The position numbers and the translations under genes are program-made. DNA of 64,000 nt from positions 187,550,001-187,614,000 of the forward strand of contig NC_091473.1 of assembly GCF_036971445.1 (NCBI RefSeq). Reading direction: 5' to 3'. The DNA comes from Narcine bancroftii. Taxonomy: Eukaryota. Shown one piece after another: positions 1-12,000 of the stretch. Below the pieces are notes generated by a model. The model was not told the origin of the DNA. It saw nothing but the letters and a program-made list of their open reading frames with translations, and made no database searches. Each line of letters starts with the position of its first letter. Position 1 is the first letter of the stretch.

Positions 1-441
1 CCCTCCTCACCTCCTCTTCACCACCCCCTCCCCTCCTCACTGCCCCCTCCCTCCTCACTGACCCTGAACCACTGCCTGGACACTACCTGACAAACAAAAA
101 TGGAGGTTTTGCAGTCTGAAGAGCTTTAATCTGGTTTCACGTCAGTACTGTTACGTAGGCCGAAGGGCCTGTTCCTGTGCTCCACTGCTCAAAGTTTGAC
201 ATTGAGACCTCTTGGAAAACTGCTCTTTCCTATTGCCTTTTGCACTGATGAGAAGTTATTGTCAGAAATCAAAGTTCAGATTTATTATCAGAGTCCAGAC
301 ATGATGTCACATACAACCCTGAAATTCTTTCTCCAGCGGGCCAGGCAGAATTTCTACTTGTTGGTAACTTTATTCAAGAAACAAAACATTTACATGAGGT
401 GGGTAAACAGACACAATACAGAAATAATATTCAGTATTAAC

Positions 442-900
442 TCAATGCAAAGTGAAAGTCCTTAAATGAGTCCCTGATTGAGTTTGTCGTTGAGTCTGAA
501 GGCAGAGCGGGAGTGGCTGTTCCCGAACCTGGTGGGTGCGAGTCTTATGGCACCGAGACCTCTTTCCTGGCGAGAACAGAGTGTGTGCTGGGTGGTGAGG
601 GTCCTTGATGATCGCTACTGCTCCCTTGTAGATGTCCTCGATGGCGGAGAGGGATTTGCATCTGATGTCCTGCGCTGCGTCCACTACCTTTCTGAGGGCT
701 TGAGTAATGGTGCCCCCGTACCATAGCATCACGCACTTCCCAACACACCTCTGCAGAAATTTGCCGGGGTTCCCGGTGTAATGAACCTCCGCAAGCCCCT
801 CTCCCCCACCCCACCCCACCCAGGAAGTCGAGGCACCGGCGTGCTTTCTTCACGACGCCATTAGTGCGTTGGGTCCAGGAAAGATCCTCCAAGAGAGAGT
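442..900 (-). mobile_element. Rex1/Babar-like LINE 3' fragment
   Basis: EDLSWTQRTNGVVKKARRCLDFL and IIKDPHHPAHTLFS.GKRSRCHKTRT motifs. Related fragments at about 1040-1430, 29120-29560, 33815-34020 and 48480-48620. Confidence 0.7.
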
Positions 901-2255
901 GGCTCCAAAGAATTTAAACATGCTCACCCTCTTTCCACCTCTGGTTTCCCCTTCCTGAAGTCCACGATTAACCCAGGTGTAACATAACAACTCTGCCTAA
1001 ATTCTCCTTGCAGCTGCATTAATACCACAGGGAAGGCGGAGGAACACGAACCATTCCTCGTTGAGAGGTCAGCAGTGGAGAGGGTAAGAAACTTCAAACC
1101 TCCTGGGTGTCGACATCTCCAAAGACCTAGCCTGGGACTCTCGTGCCAATGAAGGCGGCTCGCTATATAAGCTCAAGATCAGGGTAAGAGCCTGGTCGCA
1201 TCACTGTCTGGTATGGAGATGCCAATGCACAGGACGAGAATCGGGCCTGTGATATCATGGGCATTTGCTTTCACTCCATTAAGAGCCATGCTTCAAGAAA
1301 GCAGCCGTTATCCTCAGGGACCCCTGCCCTCCACCAGCCAGGCCATGCCCTCTTCACTCTGCTCCCATTGGGAAGGAGGTACAGGAGCCTGGAGACGAAC
1401 ACCCAGCAGCTCATCTTTCCCTCCTGAATGGACGATGAACGTCAGTTTCTCTTGTATGAATTATTCATTTTTAAATAGTGTTTTTAATGAGATTGCGATT
1501 TTTGCACAGTTCCGCAGATGCAAAATGATGCAGTTCGCGACAATAAATTATGAATCTGAAATTAATAACAACACACAGGAGTAAGGGTGTAAGAAGCGTG
1601 GATAATTATTCACAGAGGGGAAAGTAAACAGCAGTACTGCAGAGAGATGGGTCGTGGGGTAATGTGGTCGCTGCCCATTGTATAGAGCAGGATCCCATGA
1701 TCCACCAGGCAGTGGGTAAGGCCCCTCTTTCAATAGGCTCTTCTATGCCCGCCCAATGCTCTCAGTTTGGTACTTTCCCTCCTCACCACCCCTCCCTCAT
1801 CTCCCTCCCATCTTACTCCTTCCCTCATGCCCCTCCCTCCTCACTGCCCTTCCCACCTTACCTACTCTACTCACCTACTCTACTCGCTGCCCCTCCCTCC
1901 TCAACCCCCTCCTTCCTCATTGCCCCCTCCCTCTTTACTCCCTCCTCACCACCCCTCCCTCCCTCCCTCCACGCTGCCCCCTCCCTCCCTCCACGCTGCC
2001 CCCTCCCTCCCTCCACGCTGCCCCCTCCCTCCTCGCTCCCTCACTGCACCCTCCCTCTTTACTCCCTCCTCACCACCCCTCCCTCCTTCCTCCTCACCAC
2101 CCTTCCCTCCTTACTCCCTCCTCACCACTCCTCCCTCCTTGCTGACTCTCCCTCCCTCAACCCCGTCACCACCCCTCCTTACTCCCTCCTCCTTACTCCC
2201 TCCTCACCGCTCCCTCCCTCCCTCAACCCCCTCCCACCTTACTCCCTCCCTCAAT

Positions 2256-2445
2256 NNNNNNNNNNNNNNNNNNNNNNNNNNNNNNNNNNNNNNNNNNNNN
2301 NNNNNNNNNNNNNNNNNNNNNNNNNNNNNNNNNNNNNNNNNNNNNNNNNNNNNNNNNNNNNNNNNNNNNNNNNNNNNNNNNNNNNNNNNNNNNNNNNNNN
2401 NNNNNNNNNNNNNNNNNNNNNNNNNNNNNNNNNNNNNNNNNNNNN
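2256..2445. other. Assembly gap within a C/T-rich low-complexity tract
   Basis: Run of N. A second gap lies at 51057-51193. Confidence 0.99.
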
Positions 2446-2769
2446 CCCTGCCCTTCCTTCCCTCCTCCCTGCCCTTCCTTCCCTCCTCCCTGCCCTTCCT
2501 TCCCTCCTCCCTCATCACTGCACCTCTCTCCTCACTGCCCCTCCCTCCTCAAGCCCCCTCACCACCTCTTCCTCCTCAATCTCCTCCCTCCTTACTGCCC
2601 CCTTCCTCGCCGTCCCTCCCTCCTCCCTCCTCGCCAGCCCCTCTCTCAACCCCCTCCTCCTACCCGCCCCTCTCTCCTCACTGTCCCCTCCCTCTTAGCC
2701 ATCCCCTTCCTCCTGACCACCTCCTCCTCCCTGTCCTCTCTACCCTCCTCCTTGCAATGAGCGGCACCG

Positions 2770-2888
2770 CCGCCAGATGGCGCATCCCCTCCACCCTCCC
2801 CGGGATTCCCCGACAGCTGCGGCGACGACACCTTCGCTCTCAGTCAGGGCTTTGTTGACGAGACGCTCATTTACAGCTGGGACCTCGG
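2770..2888 (+). promoter_or_regulatory. CpG-rich putative promoter / non-coding first exon of TMOD4 with a CTCF-like motif
   Basis: CCGCCAGATGGCGC at 2770-2783 fits the CTCF core consensus. A CpG-rich patch ends in a strong donor GG|GTAAGC at 2888/2889. Assignment to TMOD4 is inference. Confidence 0.4.
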
Positions 2889-4149
2889 GTAAGCCCATTC
2901 CAATGACCTCTCGTTGAACATTTATCTTTGCAAACTGTCGCCGTTGCAAGTGAAATTCGCACTTTCGATTTAACTTTGCAAAGTTAAAGCCTTTTTTTTA
3001 ATTGCAATCAAGTATTTTTTTTTGCTAGTAAATAGTTTACGCGTTCGCTGAGTTGAGGCGAGGATTTAAAGGAGCGGGGTCCACTCAGGACCGTTGCATT
3101 TAATGTTTTTAAAAGTTTGCAAAAGTAAGTTTTAAGCTCCTTTAAAGTAAATCACCTTGGATACAAACTGGTTAATTCTGCAAAATTTCGCCTTGCCTTT
3201 GCGAAATTCTGTATGGGAGGGGGTAGTATTGGAAGTAGACCGTTCGGCCGCTGGTTCACCCGCTGGCGTATCTGCCCCCCCTCTCACCTTTTCTCCCCTC
3301 TCTCCTTCCCAACACCACCACACCCCCACCCCTTCCAGCCTGCCCGCACCCTTTTCTCATAAAAGGGTAACCTGCTCTTGTGGGGGGTGGGGAGGCGTTT
3401 CTCCACCAAATTTGTGGCTGAATCGTCATGCATTTCTCCACTCGACCCTCGCCGTGTGAATTGTATCAGGAATTCTCGACCAGTGAGGGCTTGCCCGTTC
3501 CGTGCGGGTTCGAGAGATTGGGGGAAGGTAAGGTGTGACGGGCCGATCGGCCACGAGGCTGGGAGTTGGCATCTTAATGGAAACTTGCAGAATGATCTCC
3601 TGATGGACTTGGAATAGGTGCCCCTTGTTACATTCTGTAGTGTCACGTTGCATAGACCCCAACCGTTCTCAAGGTGTGAAATGTGTCCTAATTTATTGTC
3701 ATGAACCAAGATGTTAGTGGAGGAAAGGATGATAGGTGGTTTAATGGGGGTCCACAAGATTCTGAGAGGCAGAGATTGGGTGGGTGGCCAGGGCAGGATC
3801 AACAGACAAAGTGAGGGATAAGTTTCTTTTTTAACACGAGAGTTGTGGGTGCCAGGAATGCCCCGCCTGAGATGGTGGTGGAGGCTGGAACATTAGGGGA
3901 CATTTTAAGAGATTCTTAGGATGGTAGAAAGAGGGTTACGGGATAGGGGAGGGCTTAGTGCTTATGTTTTGGTAGGAATGTATAGGGCAAGACAACATCA
4001 AGGGCCAAAGGGCCTGGATTGGACTTCTTTGAGGTTATAGACGGTGGGGAGCAGATGGCGCTCGATAAGGTGCCGCATAAAGACTTGTACAGGAGATGTG
4101 GATGCGTAGAGTTGAGGGTAAAGGATCAGCATGGATGGGGGATTGGTTA

Positions 4150-4990
4150 ACCCATAGAAAGTAGGAAGTTGGGGGTACGGGAGTGTTTCTCTGGTTGGCA
4201 CTCAGTGGGGAGTGGGGTGCCACAATGGGTCAGTGCTGGGCCTGCCACCGTTCATGATTATACATTGACGATGTGGAGGAGGGGACGGAGAGTGGTGTGT
4301 CTAATTGTGCAGAGGATTCGGAGAGTCTGCAGGGAGATATCGATAGGATAAGTGAGTGGGCAAGGGTCTGGCAGATTGAGGACTATGTCGGTAGATGTGA
4401 GGTTTCCACTTTGGAAAAATGGAAGATCAGAGTATTATTTAAGTGGTGATTGCAGCTGTGCAGAAGGACTGGGGAGGGCTGGTGCTTGAATCGCAAAAGG
4501 TCGGTTTGCAGGTACAGCAGGTTATCAAGAAGGCAAATGCAACGTTGGCTTTCATTGCTGGAGGGATTGAGTTTAGGAGCAGGGAGATTCTGCTGCAACT
4601 GGACAAGGTCCTGGTGAGGCCGCATCTGCAGTTCTGGTCTCCTTACTCAAGGAAGGATGGACTGGCTTTGGAGGCAGCACAGAGGAGGTTCACCAGGTTG
4701 ATCCCAGATATATGGTGGGGGGGGGGGGGGGTGGTCAGCCTATGAGGAGAAATTAAGTCATCTGGGACTGTACTCGCTCGAATTTAGAAGAATGAGAGGG
4801 GATCTTATAGAAACGTGTAAAATTATGAAAGGTGTAAATAAGATAGAGGTCGGTAAGTTGTTCCCATTGGTGTGGGAGACCAGAATGAAGGGACATAGCC
4901 TCAAGATCCCGGGGAGTAGATTTCGGAATGAGAGGAGGAGGAACTGCTTTTCCCAGAGGGTGGAGGTGACCTCAGTGAATGGAGTTCAAA
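4150..4990 (+). mobile_element. CR1-type LINE 3' fragment
   Basis: KKANATLAFIAGGIEFRSREILLQLDKVLVRPHLQFWSPY...ALEAAQRRFTRLIP, LEFRRMRGDLIETCKIMKG. Further CR1 pieces at about 10620-11300, 24770-24900, 25490-26110 and 61480-61730. Confidence 0.85.
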
Positions 4991-5324
4991 CAAGGTTGGA
5001 TAATTTTTTTTTACAGAGTGGGGAGATTAGGGGATATGGGGAAAGGGCAGGTGGGTGGATATGGGCCCATCACCAGATCAGCCATCTACAAGAAAACAAC
5101 CTCTATCCTCAAGGACCCCCACCCCCCAAGCCGTGCTCTCTTCACTTGGCTACCATGGGGGGAAAAGTACAGGAGGCTGAAGATGAGCACTCAACGGTAC
5201 AAGGACACCTTTTCCCCCCTGCCCCTGGCCACCACATCTCTGAATGGACAAAAGACATAAGAAATAGGAGCAGGAGTTGGCCATCTGGCCCCTCAAGCCT
5301 GCTCTGCTGTTCAATGAGATGGGT

Positions 5325-5790
5325 TGGTGTCAGGCTCAAGGTGAGGATCAGGATTGGGGTCAGGTTCAAGGTTAGGATCTGGGCTTTGAGGTCAGGTTCA
5401 ATGTTAGGATCAAGGTTTTGGGGTCAGGCCTGGTCAAGGTGAGGGTTGGGGGTCAGGTTCAAGGTTAGGATCAGGGTTTGGGTCAGGTCCAGATTCAAGG
5501 TGAGGACCAGGGTTGGGTCCCAGGGTTGGAGTCAGGTTCAAGGTCAGGGCTGGGGTCAGGTTCAAGGTTAGGATCAGGGTTTGTGGTCAGGGCCAAGGTT
5601 GGGGCCAGGTTTAAGGTGAGGACTGGGGTTGGGTCTCAGGGTTGGGGTCAGGTTCACGGTGAGGACTGGGGTTGGAGTCAGGTTCAAGGCTTGGTTCAGG
5701 GGTTGGGGGCGGGTTCAAGGTGAGGGTCAGGGTTTGGGAGTCGGAGTCAATGTCAGCGTCAGTGTTGGGGTCAGTTTTAGGGTTAAACCT
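5325..5790. repeat. Degenerate GGGTCAGGTTCAAGGTTAGG-type tandem repeat
   Basis: Repeated GGGGTCAGGTTCAAGGT(T/G)AGGA units visible directly. Confidence 0.8.
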
Positions 5791-6894
5791 TACAGTTTTA
5801 CTTGGGACCTTGTCCAATGAGATTTGGTCATGTGTCATCTGGAAACGGCCCTTTCCATCAACTGGAGCTGGGGGGGGTGGTGTTTTACCTCCCGACCCAT
5901 ATGTTGTGGGAGGAGGTGGGGAATGCTGCGAGGTTCCCCCCCCTCCCCCCCTTCTCTACTCTGGCCCGGGTGGATTCACTGCAGAATCGCAGCCCAGCAG
6001 GTGCGGGCCTGACCTGGCAGATATCACCATTATCAGCAGCGCGGGGTGTGGGCCCGGGGTTCACTGCCGGCTCTTTCTGAAGCTGTCACTTTTGTCAGCG
6101 GGTGTTCAAAACGAGGAAGAGCAGAGGGAAATCAAGTGGAAATTTATGGTCATGTGGGCCAAGTTTCACCCTGAGAGCAGTCCAGGTTGTCATCAGCCCG
6201 TCTGCAGTACAATGCAGTGTCAGGAGAGAGACAGAGAGAGAGAGAAGCAAACACTGGACAACAAATTTTTTCCCCTAAAGATTTTCTTCCTGAAAAATAA
6301 TGGGCGATTCTGATGGACGACATCAAGGTGAACCAAAGGATAACTTCAGATTTGCTGTAACACATAGAAAGTTGGAGAAACAGACGATGTCTGTACAAAG
6401 TGAAGGGAGGGAGGTTTAGGACAGACGTCAGGGGTAAGTTTTTTTTTTACACAGGGAGTGGTGGGGGCCTGGAAGGCCTTGCCCAGGGAGGCTGGAACAT
6501 TAGGAGGCATTTAAGAGATTCTTGGGTCCGTAGATGAAAGAAAAATTGAGGATTACAGGGTAGGGAGGGTTTTGTTTTTCTTTGGTTGGGATATATAGGT
6601 CAGCACAACATCAAGGGCCGAAGGACCTGGACTGTGGGATTCTATGTTCAACGGCAGTGTTTTTTTTTAAACTGCGTAGGGTTCATTCAAGAGCCTGATA
6701 AGAGTGGGGAAGGGGGGAATCTACTTCTGAATCTGGCACTCAGAGGGAATCTTCTACCCAATGGGACGGGAACAAGGGATTTGGCTGGGGTGGGGGGGGA
6801 GGGTCTTTTAACACGTCAGCTGCTTTTCCAAGGAAATGTCCGCGGGGGGGATGGGTGGGAGGGGTACTGGGACTCGCTCACGTTCCCTCCAGCT

Positions 6895-8200
6895 TGTAGG
6901 CTACTAGCATCAAACCACATGAGGCAGAGTGAAGATAAAACACTAGTTTTAATAGATTGGTATACAGCTAGGCTTTGAAGCCTTGGCCTTGCCTCTGTAC
7001 AAACCTAGGCCAGAATGAGGGGGAAGGGATTCCCCCGGGCTTATATACTCACCTGGTGACCTAGTGGTGTAATGACATCATGCATGACATACCACCACAT
7101 TCACCCCCCCTTAAAAAATTGTGACTGACCCTTCCCCCCCCCCCCCCCCCACATCTCTTTGCACCAGTTCAGTATGTAGTGGACTTTTTGACGTGGTTTC
7201 CTCTTCCTTCGGGGGGGCTGGGGGTCTTGGCCCTGGGCAAGGGTGTGGTGTGTGGATGCAGAGCTTTCTGCCGTGGGGCTGTGTTCGTCTGACGCTCTTC
7301 ATGCTGCTCCATGGGGGTCCGCACCCCTCCCACGTCGACCATGGTTCCTTCCTACTGATCCCCCGGAGCCTGTGGTACTCCTGCGTCGTCTGCCGTCCCA
7401 TCTGCTGATCTGTAGGGGTCTGTAGTTCTTCTGCGCTGCCCACGTCTCCCTGGTGGCCACCAAGTCTTTCCGTCCATCCTTGAATGTGACGTAGGGGTAG
7501 TGAGGGTACACGTGCCTCACTTCCATGGGCTCTACCAGTGGGTCCGTCCTGTGGCATCTACAATGCTTGCGGAGGAGGGCCGGTCCCGGTGACATCAGCC
7601 ATCCAGGCAGCAAGGTGCCTGTCGTGGTTTTCCTTAGGAAAGAAAAGATACTGTCATGTGGTGTCACGTTAGTGGTGGTACACAATAAAGAGCATATGGA
7701 GTGCAGAACCTCTGGTAACACGTCTTGCCACCTTGCTACTGTAGGTACTTTGCTTTGAGAGTTAGCGGAACCGTCTTCCAGATGGTGGCATTCTCCCTTT
7801 CTACCTGCTCGTTCCCCCGAGGGTTATAACGCGTAGTGCAACTGGTCGCAATGCCTCTATCCAAGAGGTACTGTTGGACCTCGGTGCTCATGAAGGCAGC
7901 ACCCCTATCCTTGTGTATATAGCTAGGGTACTCACACAAACTGAATTTAGATTGCAGGCACTTTATTACTGTGGCTGCGGTGACATTGGGACACAGGATA
8001 GCAAAGGGGAACTGAAAGGCGTGGTAGATTTTATTAAGGGGACGCTGTCTGGCAGGTGGAACTGCGGTTTACACTCCGCACAGATGGGGCAACCCCTGCT
8101 TACCGTCCTTACCTCCTCCACTGAGAACGGGAGGTTTTGGGCCCTGACAAAGTGGAAGAGCTTCAGGACTCCCGGGTGGCCCACCTCATCCCCGGCACCC
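6895..8200 (-). mobile_element. Gypsy-like LTR retrotransposon remnant: integrase, PPT and 3' LTR
   Basis: GHPGVLKLFHFVRAQNLPFS...CPICAECKP (zinc-binding), IHKDRGAAFMS...YNPRGNEQVERENATIWK (rve core). PPT AAGGGGGGGTGAA abuts a TG...CA LTR at 7099-6895. Confidence 0.88.
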
Positions 8201-8584
8201 TCAACCCCTGACGTCTCCCCAAAACTTCCCTCCCTTCGCTTTGTATAGATGTCCTCACTGCCCCGGGAAACGGGTGCTGGCCGCCCATCCGATCGATGCC
8301 TCTCAGAATCTTGCGGACCTCTGTCAAGCCTCGTTCTTCACTCTGAAGGGGAAAAGGTCCCAGTCGTAAGACGCGTTCTCCAATCCAGACAACACCCTAG
8401 TACATCTCCGTCCCCTCCCAGCAGTCTCCACGTCCTTCCTGTAAACAAAGTAACCAGAACTGAAAGCAATATTTCAAGTCGAGTTTATTGTCAAGTGATT
8501 GGACAAGTACAACCCGACGATACAGCGTTCTCCAGTCCTCACAGAAACACACCCAGACATAATACATATACAGACAAACAATAC

Positions 8585-9529
8585 AGTGATAGAGTATAAA
8601 GATGTGTTTTTGGGAGACAAATCAGAAAAGGTTTGTTAGAGTAGGTCACATACAAGCACTTTAAAACAGATCTTATTTGAAATACTGGAGCTCTGCCCCA
8701 TGGTAGACATATTGACTCCACAGCTTTTGCAAGAGCTTTGAAGAGTGCCCAAGAGACTTCACTAATGGATTGTTGTTTACAAAAGGAAACAGATGAAAGA
8801 GTTTGTTGGAGCTGCATATTGTCTGGAGGAGAGAGAAACGCTGTTGTAAGAAGATCATGTGGTTTTGCAAGCAGAGAGAGTCAAACAGGCTTTCTCTCAG
8901 AGAGAAAGACACAATAGACAATAGGAGCTGGAGTAGGCCCTTCGGCCCATCAAGCCAGCACCACCGTTTTACAGATCATGGCTGAAGCAGAAGTAGATGG
9001 GACTGGAACAGGACAAGCTGGCAAGCCCAGTTGGAAGACGGACTGGTCGAAGCCCTTGTGCTTCATGCAAGAGGAGAGGACCGTCTGTCTAATGTTTCAT
9101 TTGGAATGAGAAACAAAAAGAACCTGCGGTGACCTGAAAGAAAGAGGTTATCATCTGGAAAACCCTGGGAAGTACATCAGTGGTGGGTGTCCTGGAACAA
9201 TTAATCTCTCTCTGGAAACCGGCGGTAACCATTTACCTTTCAAGCACCAAAGCCTAGTGAACTTTATAAATGTTAAATTCTGTGCACAGTATAAGAATTG
9301 CCTTCAACCAGTGAACTTGGAGGAATGAGAAGTGAGATTGAACTGTGAACCTTTCTGAACTTACACACATGTGCTTTGAATTAGAAGGGGGTTAAGTAAG
9401 TCAATAGAGATAAGTTAAAGTTTGATTCTATTTTCATGTTTAAAGATAATTAAAAGCAACTTTAAGTAATCATTTGTCTTGGTGAATAACTATTGCTGCT
9501 GGGTTTATGGGTCCTCTGGGTTCGTAACA
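8585..9529 (+). mobile_element. Probable solo LTR with a short nested LINE-tail insert (about 8907-8985)
   Basis: Discrete AT-rich block ending ...GGGTTCGTAACA that interrupts a flanking repeat; no ORF. Confidence 0.4.
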
Positions 9530-10081
9530 ATATGTACACAGGACAAATATTCATCTCTACAAATAAATAAATATTGTTTTGTGAATACGAGAGTCTCGGG
9601 TGGTCATTCACCGTTCTCACTCCCCATGGGGAAGAAGCTGATCCTCAGCCTGGTGGTGCTGGGCTGATCCTCCTGTATCTCTTCCCCAACAGGAGCAGCT
9701 GAAAGATGCTGTGTGCAGGGGTAGAAGGGGGTCTTTAATGATTTTTCCCACCCTCTTCGGACAACGACCCAGTAGATCATGTCAATGGGGAGGGTGTGGT
9801 GGTGGTGGGGAGTCCCACCATGATCCTCTCTTCCGCTCTAATGGTCCCACGGATTGACCTCCAACCCATTTCTTTGCGGCAGCCAGACCAAGGGTGGCCT
9901 CACCGGAGATTGGTAGAGTTGCGACTCCTGTGCTTGATACCCCACCCCTCCCGACGAGTGGGGAACTAACCGTCTGTCCCTCTCCCTGTTACAGCACCAG
10001 GAGAGGACCGTAACCTCATAACCTTCCCCTGCAAAAAAAATCCCCAGCTCCTCAGACCCCGGGACCGGTGGGATAATAAAG

Positions 10082-10203
10082 ATGCAACAGCAACATCGAG
10101 ACAAGTACCTGAACATCGACGAGGACCAGATTCTCGGGGAACTCTCGGAGAACCAGTTTGTAACTAGGAGCTAGACCTGGAGCTGATGGAGATGGATCCC
10201 GAG
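10082..10203 (+). CDS. TMOD4: Tropomodulin-4 coding exon 1 (frameshift and in-frame stop in this sequence)
   Basis: ATG 10082 reads MQQQHRDKYLNIDEDQILGELSENQ; a second frame reads ELDLELMEMDPE up to donor GAG|GTGAGT at 10203. This matches the tropomodulin N-terminus (KY.DIDED.IL..LS...L..LD.EL.EMDPE). Probable acceptor 9994 (ACTAAC branch point, pyrimidine tract, ACAG). Confidence 0.85.
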
Positions 10204-11769
10204 GTGAGTGGAGTGGGGGGGGGGGGGGTGGGGGAATGACAAATTCTGCACCGATTGGTGGCCGGACAGAAGGTGATGAAGGAGGCAAAAGGGGTTCATG
10301 AATGGAGGGGCATAAAATTTAAGTGGAACACGGAGGTCTGTGGGCACGGTGATTGTAGTACATGGACAGTGAGCGCTGGAGGAACCTGGCCAGTCTCGCA
10401 GCCATCCAAAACGTAAAGATACGTTGTCCGACATTTCGGGCCTGGGCCCTTTCCTCGAGGTGTGTGTTTTTAAAAAAAACGGGAAGGCTCTATTCTTGTT
10501 GCTGGCATCAGGAAAGGGGTAGGAGCAGAAGTCGGCTCATTGAGTCGGCCCTGCGATTCTGATCCTGAGCTGATCCATCCCTCGACTCCCCGTAACCCTC
10601 CACGCCCTGACTCATCCAATACGTGTTGATCTCTGGCTGACACACAGTCACCAACCTCGCTCCCACAGTCCCAAGTTCCAGAGACTCATGTTAAAGACAT
10701 TTCTCCACATCTCTGATTTAAGTTGACACCCTTTTATCCTGAACTTGTGCCTCCTGTCCTGGACTCCCCTCCCATGGGGAAATGTCCTGGCCACATCTAC
10801 TCTGGTCAGGCCTTTCAGCACTCAAAATGCCTCTATAGGGTCCCCCCTCATCCTTCTGTCCCCCAGTGAGTTCAGTCCAAGAGCCGCCAATCTTTCCTCA
10901 TAAACTAACCCTTCCATTCCTGGTCTCATTCTAGTAAATCTCCCAATGTCACCACGTCCTTCCTCAAATGCGGCCCCCAATCCTGTACCTAGTCTCCATG
11001 TGGGGCCTCACCAGAGCTTTACAGAGTCTCCACATCACATCCCTGCTCTTGTATCCTATCCCTCTAGAAATGAATGTCAAACTTCATCACCATTAACTCA
11101 ACCTGGAGGTTCACCTCCAGTGTATCCTGCATGAGGACTCCTGATACCCCCTGCACCTCCCAATTTAGAATCCTCTCCCCATCTAAATAATCATCTGCAT
11201 GACTGTTCCTTCCCCCAAAGTCCACGAACGTACACTTCCCAACACTGTATTTCACCTGCTACCTCTTTTCCCCATTCTCCTCATCTATCCAAATCTCTCT
11301 GCTGTATTTCCATATCCTCAGTGTCACTCACCCAACCACCTATTTTGTATCTGCAAATTTGGCCAGAAAGCCACCCAAATCATTTATTTACAATGTATAA
11401 AGAAGTGGCCCCGACACTGACCTCCCTGGACCACCACTGGGAACCAGGAGCCGAGCAGGGTGAAGTTTTACAGTGAGTCACTCCCCCTCCTCTCTCTACC
11501 CCACTCCACCCTACCCCCTCTCCACCCTGCCACTATCCACCCTGCCCCCTTTCCAAACACCTCTCCACCCCTCCCCTCAACCTATTACACCCTCTCCCAA
11601 CTCTCCACTCCCCCACACCTTTCCCCCTTCTTCCACCTCACTTTTCTTTGTCCATCTTTCTCCTCCCTATTCTCCACTCCCCTCTGCCTTTCCCATTCCC
11701 CCCCTTCTCCCCTACCCCCCCACCTGCCATTCGGTCTCTCCTGCACCCTGTAACCACCCCCCCACACAG

Positions 11770-11926
11770 AACGCCCTCCTACCTGCGGGCCTGCGGCAGA
11801 GGGACCAGACGAAGAAAACGCCAACGGGCCCCTACGACCGGGACCAGCTGCTCGATTACCTGGAGAAGGAGGCACTGAATGTGGAGGAGAGGGCTGACCT
11901 GGTCCCATTCACCGGGGAGAAGCGAG
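11770..11926 (+). CDS. TMOD4: Tropomodulin-4 coding exon 2
   Basis: NALLPAGLRQRDQTKKTPTGPYDRDQLLDYLEKEALNVEERADLVPFTGEKR(G); CAG acceptor, GT donor, phase 0 to 1. Confidence 0.95.
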
Positions 11927-12000
11927 GTGGTTCCCCCTCTCTTTCCCCCCCACCTTGCAGTCCCATTCTAACTATATCGCCTGCTCACCCCTGGCCCCGT

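Noticed and set aside
1664-2858. Pro/Ser/Leu-rich ORFs spanning the gap (similar ORFs at 57059-59603)
   Set aside because: Low-complexity polypyrimidine/polypurine tracts and N runs, which lack stop codons by composition.
5325-5790. Interstitial telomere
   Set aside because: The units are GGGTCA/GGTTCA/AGGTTA variants, not tandem TTAGGG.
10160-10167. GTAACTAG as an 8-nt GT-AG micro-intron that would restore the TMOD4 frame
   Set aside because: Far below the minimum spliceosomal intron size. It would be a gene-predictor artefact, not biology.
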